Below are positions 61,147-64,000 of a stretch of DNA of 64,000 nucleotides, one piece after another. How positions within the stretch are numbered: the stretch's first letter is position 1; each line of letters starts with the position of its first letter. The position numbers and the translations under genes are program-made. Origin of the DNA: Bacteroidota bacterium (GTDB taxonomy: Bacteria; Bacteroidota; Bacteroidia; 2-12-FULL-35-15); NCBI GenBank assembly GCA_025963775.1, contig JAOQAD010000016.1, forward strand, positions 1,741 to 65,740, written 5' to 3'. Under the pieces are notes generated by a model. It searched no databases. It was not told where the DNA came from and worked only from the letters and a program-made list of their open reading frames with translations.

Positions 61147-64000
61147 TCAGTTCTTTATTACGTAAATTACGTTTGACGTTAATTTTGTATTGTCGATCTT
61201 CTCAATGTGCAGCCCGTGCTTTTTTACCACGTCCACAATAAAGGTGGAAGATACAAATTCTAATTTATTTTTTGTTTTGTTGAAGCCCACATTTGTGGAG
61301 ATGAACTCCGTGTAGCGTGTGCCCCAGTGCCTTTTGCTCATGCTGCTGTCGGCATCGCGGATCAGGATCATGCCGCCCGCGTTGAGGCTGCCGATGCATT
61401 TCGCGATCAGCTTTTCCTGTTCAGCCGCCGGGAGATAATGCAGGATGTCGCTCATGATGAAGGCATCGCTCTCCGGCAATTCGCATTCCGTTGCATCTGC
61501 AGCAAAGAAGGAAATGTTCTTTGTTTTCGAAAAGCAGTTCGCTGCCACTGCAATTTTTTCTTCGTCGTAATCGGTGCCGATCACAACCCTGTCCTCGCTC
61601 ATGAATGCAAGCATGTAAGGCAGGAAACCGTAGCCGCAGCCGATGTCCGTGATCGTACCTTTTTTCGGGAGCAATGATTCGAAGAGGCGGTACTTGTCTT
61701 CCATCTTTACTTTCACGCGCATGTACCATTCCACGAGCGGCCCTTTGTAAATGTAATTCTTGCTGAGGCGGTTGAAGAAATAATCCACTGTTTCTATCTC
61801 TGCACGCATCTTTGCATTTTCCGCTTTGAAATATTTGCTGATGTTCTTCGTCCTGTCGGTGTAATTATCGCCGAACGACCTGTCATCCGCAGGAATGCGG
61901 GGCAGGTACTTCACGGTGATCTTCCCTGGCTTCAGGAGGAAACTATCGTCTTTGCCCTGGACAAAAGCGGTTCCGTGAAAAACGATCGGTACAATATCCA
62001 CCTGCAATTTATCCGCAATGTAAAATGCGCCTTTGTGAAAACGCCCGATCTTCGCAGTTTCCGAACGTGATCCTTCAGGAAAAATGCCCAGCGAGTATCC
62101 GTCTGCAAACAGCTGCCTGATCTTATCGAGGTTCTCTTCATAGCCTGCCGCTTTCGGGATGAACCCTCCCAAACGCACGATCGGCCCCATGAAGGGAGAA
62201 TCCCATACCCAGTCGTTCACCATCAGGATCAGCTTCGGGTTCAGCGACTGCATAAGCAGCGAGTCGATCACCGAATGGTGGTTGCTGATCACAACAGCAG
62301 GCTTGTCAAGCTGCTCGTTCAGTTCGTTGATGTATTTTTTCCGCACGTGCAGGTGTACGAAGATCATTGATTTGGTGTAGTAATGGCGCAGCTGGTGGAA
62401 GATCTTCAATCGTGTTTTTTTCGGGATCGGCAAAAGCTTGACAATTACAAATCCGAGCGGGATCAGCGTAAAGCAGCCAAAAGTGAACCATGCAAAGGCC
62501 CAAACGGATTGCAGCAGGCTGAGCAATGTGAAGGGAACTCGCTTCTTGTCCGTCCTGTTGGTGATAAAGAACTTGAACAGCGCCGGCTGAATGGTGTTGG
62601 AGATGATGAGCACGCAGAACATGCCGATAATGGTAATCATCCCGATGGATTTCAAAGCCGGGTGTGAAGCGAATACCAGCACGCCTATGCCGATCATGGT
62701 AGTGGTGGCGGAAATGAAGATCCCGGTTTTGTACGAATCTAAATTCTTCTGCCCGGTTTTGTATTCGTTCATCAGTGCATCCGTGATGAAAATGCTGTAA
62801 TCATCCCCCAACCCGAAAATAAAGGTGGAGATGATGATGTTGATGATGTTGAATTTAATGTCGAAAGCGCCCATCAGTCCAAGGATGCAGAGCCAGCTGA
62901 GCACCATGGGGATGTAGGTGATCAGCGCAAGCTCGAACCTGCCGTAGGAGATGATCAGCATGATCAGCACCAGCAGGGAAGAGATGGCAAGGATGAGGTT
63001 GAAGTTGTTTTTGATGATGTCGATAAAGCGGCTGGTCAGGAATTTTTTATCGAACACCACGAGATTTTTATTTTCGCTGAAGGCATTGTACACTTTGTCC
63101 TCGTTCTCCGCGGTGGTTTTGATTACGGTGACCACGGTAGTTTCATCCGCCCTCTGGGTCACGTAATTATCCAGCAGGGTCGATTTCAATCCCTTGAACG
63201 CTTCAATGCCTACCGGTTCGTAGTGCTTGTCAAGCAGGGCATAGAACTGGTCGAATGCATTCTCCCTGAATTTATATTTTTCACTTTTTGCAATCAGATC
63301 AGCTTTCAGCTTCGCTTTCTTTTCCACTGTCCAGTAACTGTTCCAGCGCTCAATGCGTTTTTTCTGCTCGGCTGATGAAAGCAGGAAAGTGCTGACCGTA
63401 GAATATTTTTTTAATGCCTGTTTGGCTTCCAGCTCCTGCAGCAGCGGCAGGTTCTTCTCGTTGTTTGCAAGGGCTTCATCTAAATTTTTTCCGCTGGAGA
63501 CAAGGTAAATGCTGCGTAAGGAAACGTTACTGATCGAATTCAGGTTCTGCTCCGCCTTTGCCAGCTTCGGCTCTACGTAATTCATTTTCATGATGTCGGT
63601 CTCAAAGCCGACCTTCTGCGAAGTGAAAACGGAAATGAGGCAGATCACTAAAATGAATGCAATAAGGTAGTTGTTCTTTTCAAATTTGTAGCCGGCAATA
63701 CGCTCGATGATGTTGGGTTTGTGCGCAGCTTCGGATGCTGTATGCGCTTCCGCTTTTTTCTTCCGCATGAAATGCGGGAAGATGATGAGCGTGAACAGGG
63801 CTGCACCCAGCAGGCTGAATGCCGCGAACATGCCGAAATCCTGCAGCGCTTCTGATTTTACAAATGTTAAGCTCAGCAGGGCGCCGATGGTGGTGGTGCT
63901 TCCAAGTGTGAGCGGGAAAGCAAGATCCTTCACCGTTTCTTCCGCCGAATTTAAGTGCTTGAAATGCGTATAAAAGTGAATGGTGTAATCCATCGCGATG
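61147..64000 (-). CDS. Trifunctional fusion: MMPL/RND-type exporter, lysophospholipid acyltransferase and class I SAM methyltransferase (N-terminus beyond the window)
   Basis: The frame stays open to base 64000. Amino acids are numbered from Met63993. aa 1-480: MMPL-like TM bundles and a periplasmic loop. aa ~560-700: acyltransferase motifs NHHSVID (HX4D) and FPEGSRS. aa ~775-880: methyltransferase motif ITDIGCGYGFL ... GGMILIRD. Confidence 0.85.
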   Translation of the reverse strand, partial: IAMDYTIHFYTHFKHLNSAEETVKDLAFPLTLGSTTTIGALLSLTFVKSEALQDFGMFAAFSLLGAALFTLIIFPHFMRKKKAEAHTASEAAHKPNIIERIAGYKFEKNNYLIAFILVICLISVFTSQKVGFETDIMKMNYVEPKLAKAEQNLNSISNVSLRSIYLVSSGKNLDEALANNEKNLPLLQELEAKQALKKYSTVSTFLLSSAEQKKRIERWNSYWTVEKKAKLKADLIAKSEKYKFRENAFDQFYALLDKHYEPVGIEAFKGLKSTLLDNYVTQRADETTVVTVIKTTAENEDKVYNAFSENKNLVVFDKKFLTSRFIDIIKNNFNLILAISSLLVLIMLIISYGRFELALITYIPMVLSWLCILGLMGAFDIKFNIINIIISTFIFGLGDDYSIFITDALMNEYKTGQKNLDSYKTGIFISATTTMIGIGVLVFASHPALKSIGMITIIGMFCVLIISNTIQPALFKFFITNRTDKKRVPFTLLSLLQSVWAFAWFTFGCFTLIPLGFVIVKLLPIPKKTRLKIFHQLRHYYTKSMIFVHLHVRKKYINELNEQLDKPAVVISNHHSVIDSLLMQSLNPKLILMVNDWVWDSPFMGPIVRLGGFIPKAAGYEENLDKIRQLFADGYSLGIFPEGSRSETAKIGRFHKGAFYIADKLQVDIVPIVFHGTAFVQGKDDSFLLKPGKITVKYLPRIPADDRSFGDNYTDRTKNISKYFKAENAKMRAEIETVDYFFNRLSKNYIYKGPLVEWYMRVKVKMEDKYRLFESLLPKKGTITDIGCGYGFLPYMLAFMSEDRVVIGTDYDEEKIAVAANCFSKTKNISFFAADATECELPESDAFIMSDILHYLPAAEQEKLIAKCIGSLNAGGMILIRDADSSMSKRHWGTRYTEFISTNVGFNKTKNKLEFVSSTFIVDVVKKHGLHIEKIDNTKLTSNVIYVIKN

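Overview
This 64-kb window looks like ordinary chromosome from a Bacteroidota genome, probably Chitinophagia or Sphingobacteriia-like. The taxonomic clues are T9SS type-A and type-B C-terminal sorting domains, a PorT-like gene, TAnnTTTG -7 promoter boxes close to start codons, a DUF4783-nadC pair, and an S16 protein with a long Ala/Glu/Lys tail. I support about 62 protein-coding genes, one tRNA-Leu(GAG), one cheR pseudogene, several intrinsic terminators and many REP/MITE-like palindromic repeats. I saw no rRNA, CRISPR array, transposase, integrase, phage genes or recognisable defence or toxin-antitoxin module.

Gene content is mostly housekeeping or envelope-related:
- Central and cofactor metabolism: trpG, trpF, nadC, ubiE, murQ, a fused E1 alpha/beta 2-oxoacid dehydrogenase, a methylmalonyl-CoA mutase catalytic subunit, a CoA-transferase and an aspartate aminotransferase.
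- Translation and RNA: rpsP, rimM, rlmH.
- Envelope: an LptF/G-like permease followed by two GT4 glycosyltransferases.
- T9SS cargo: a BNR/PKD protein, a GH9 enzyme and a type-B CTD protein.
- Sensing and stress: a PadR-PspC operon, a TPR-SpoIIE phosphatase, a PAS/GAF histidine kinase, an orphan receiver and cheB.

No clean, self-contained novel system stands out. The observations most worth following up are:
1. A partial three-domain fusion (MMPL exporter, lysophospholipid acyltransferase, SAM methyltransferase) coupled to a CrtI-like oxidoreductase at the right-hand edge. It may be the border of a pigment or lipid cluster.
2. A 5'-truncated cheR fragment that lies in frame behind a GNAT gene and overlaps an intact cheB.
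3. A superfamily of GTCAT...ATGAC palindromic intergenic elements, including a 530-bp composite array.
4. A 37-bp duplicated gene terminus flanking one of these elements.
5. Three uncharacterised gene groups: murQ with an acidic STAS-like protein and a 675-aa secreted protein; PadR-PspC with a small TonB_C-like protein and a paralog pair; and a Kir-type K+ channel with a divergent membrane protein.

All calls come from reading the ORF translations and the sequence by eye. No database search was run, so family names are motif-level recognitions.
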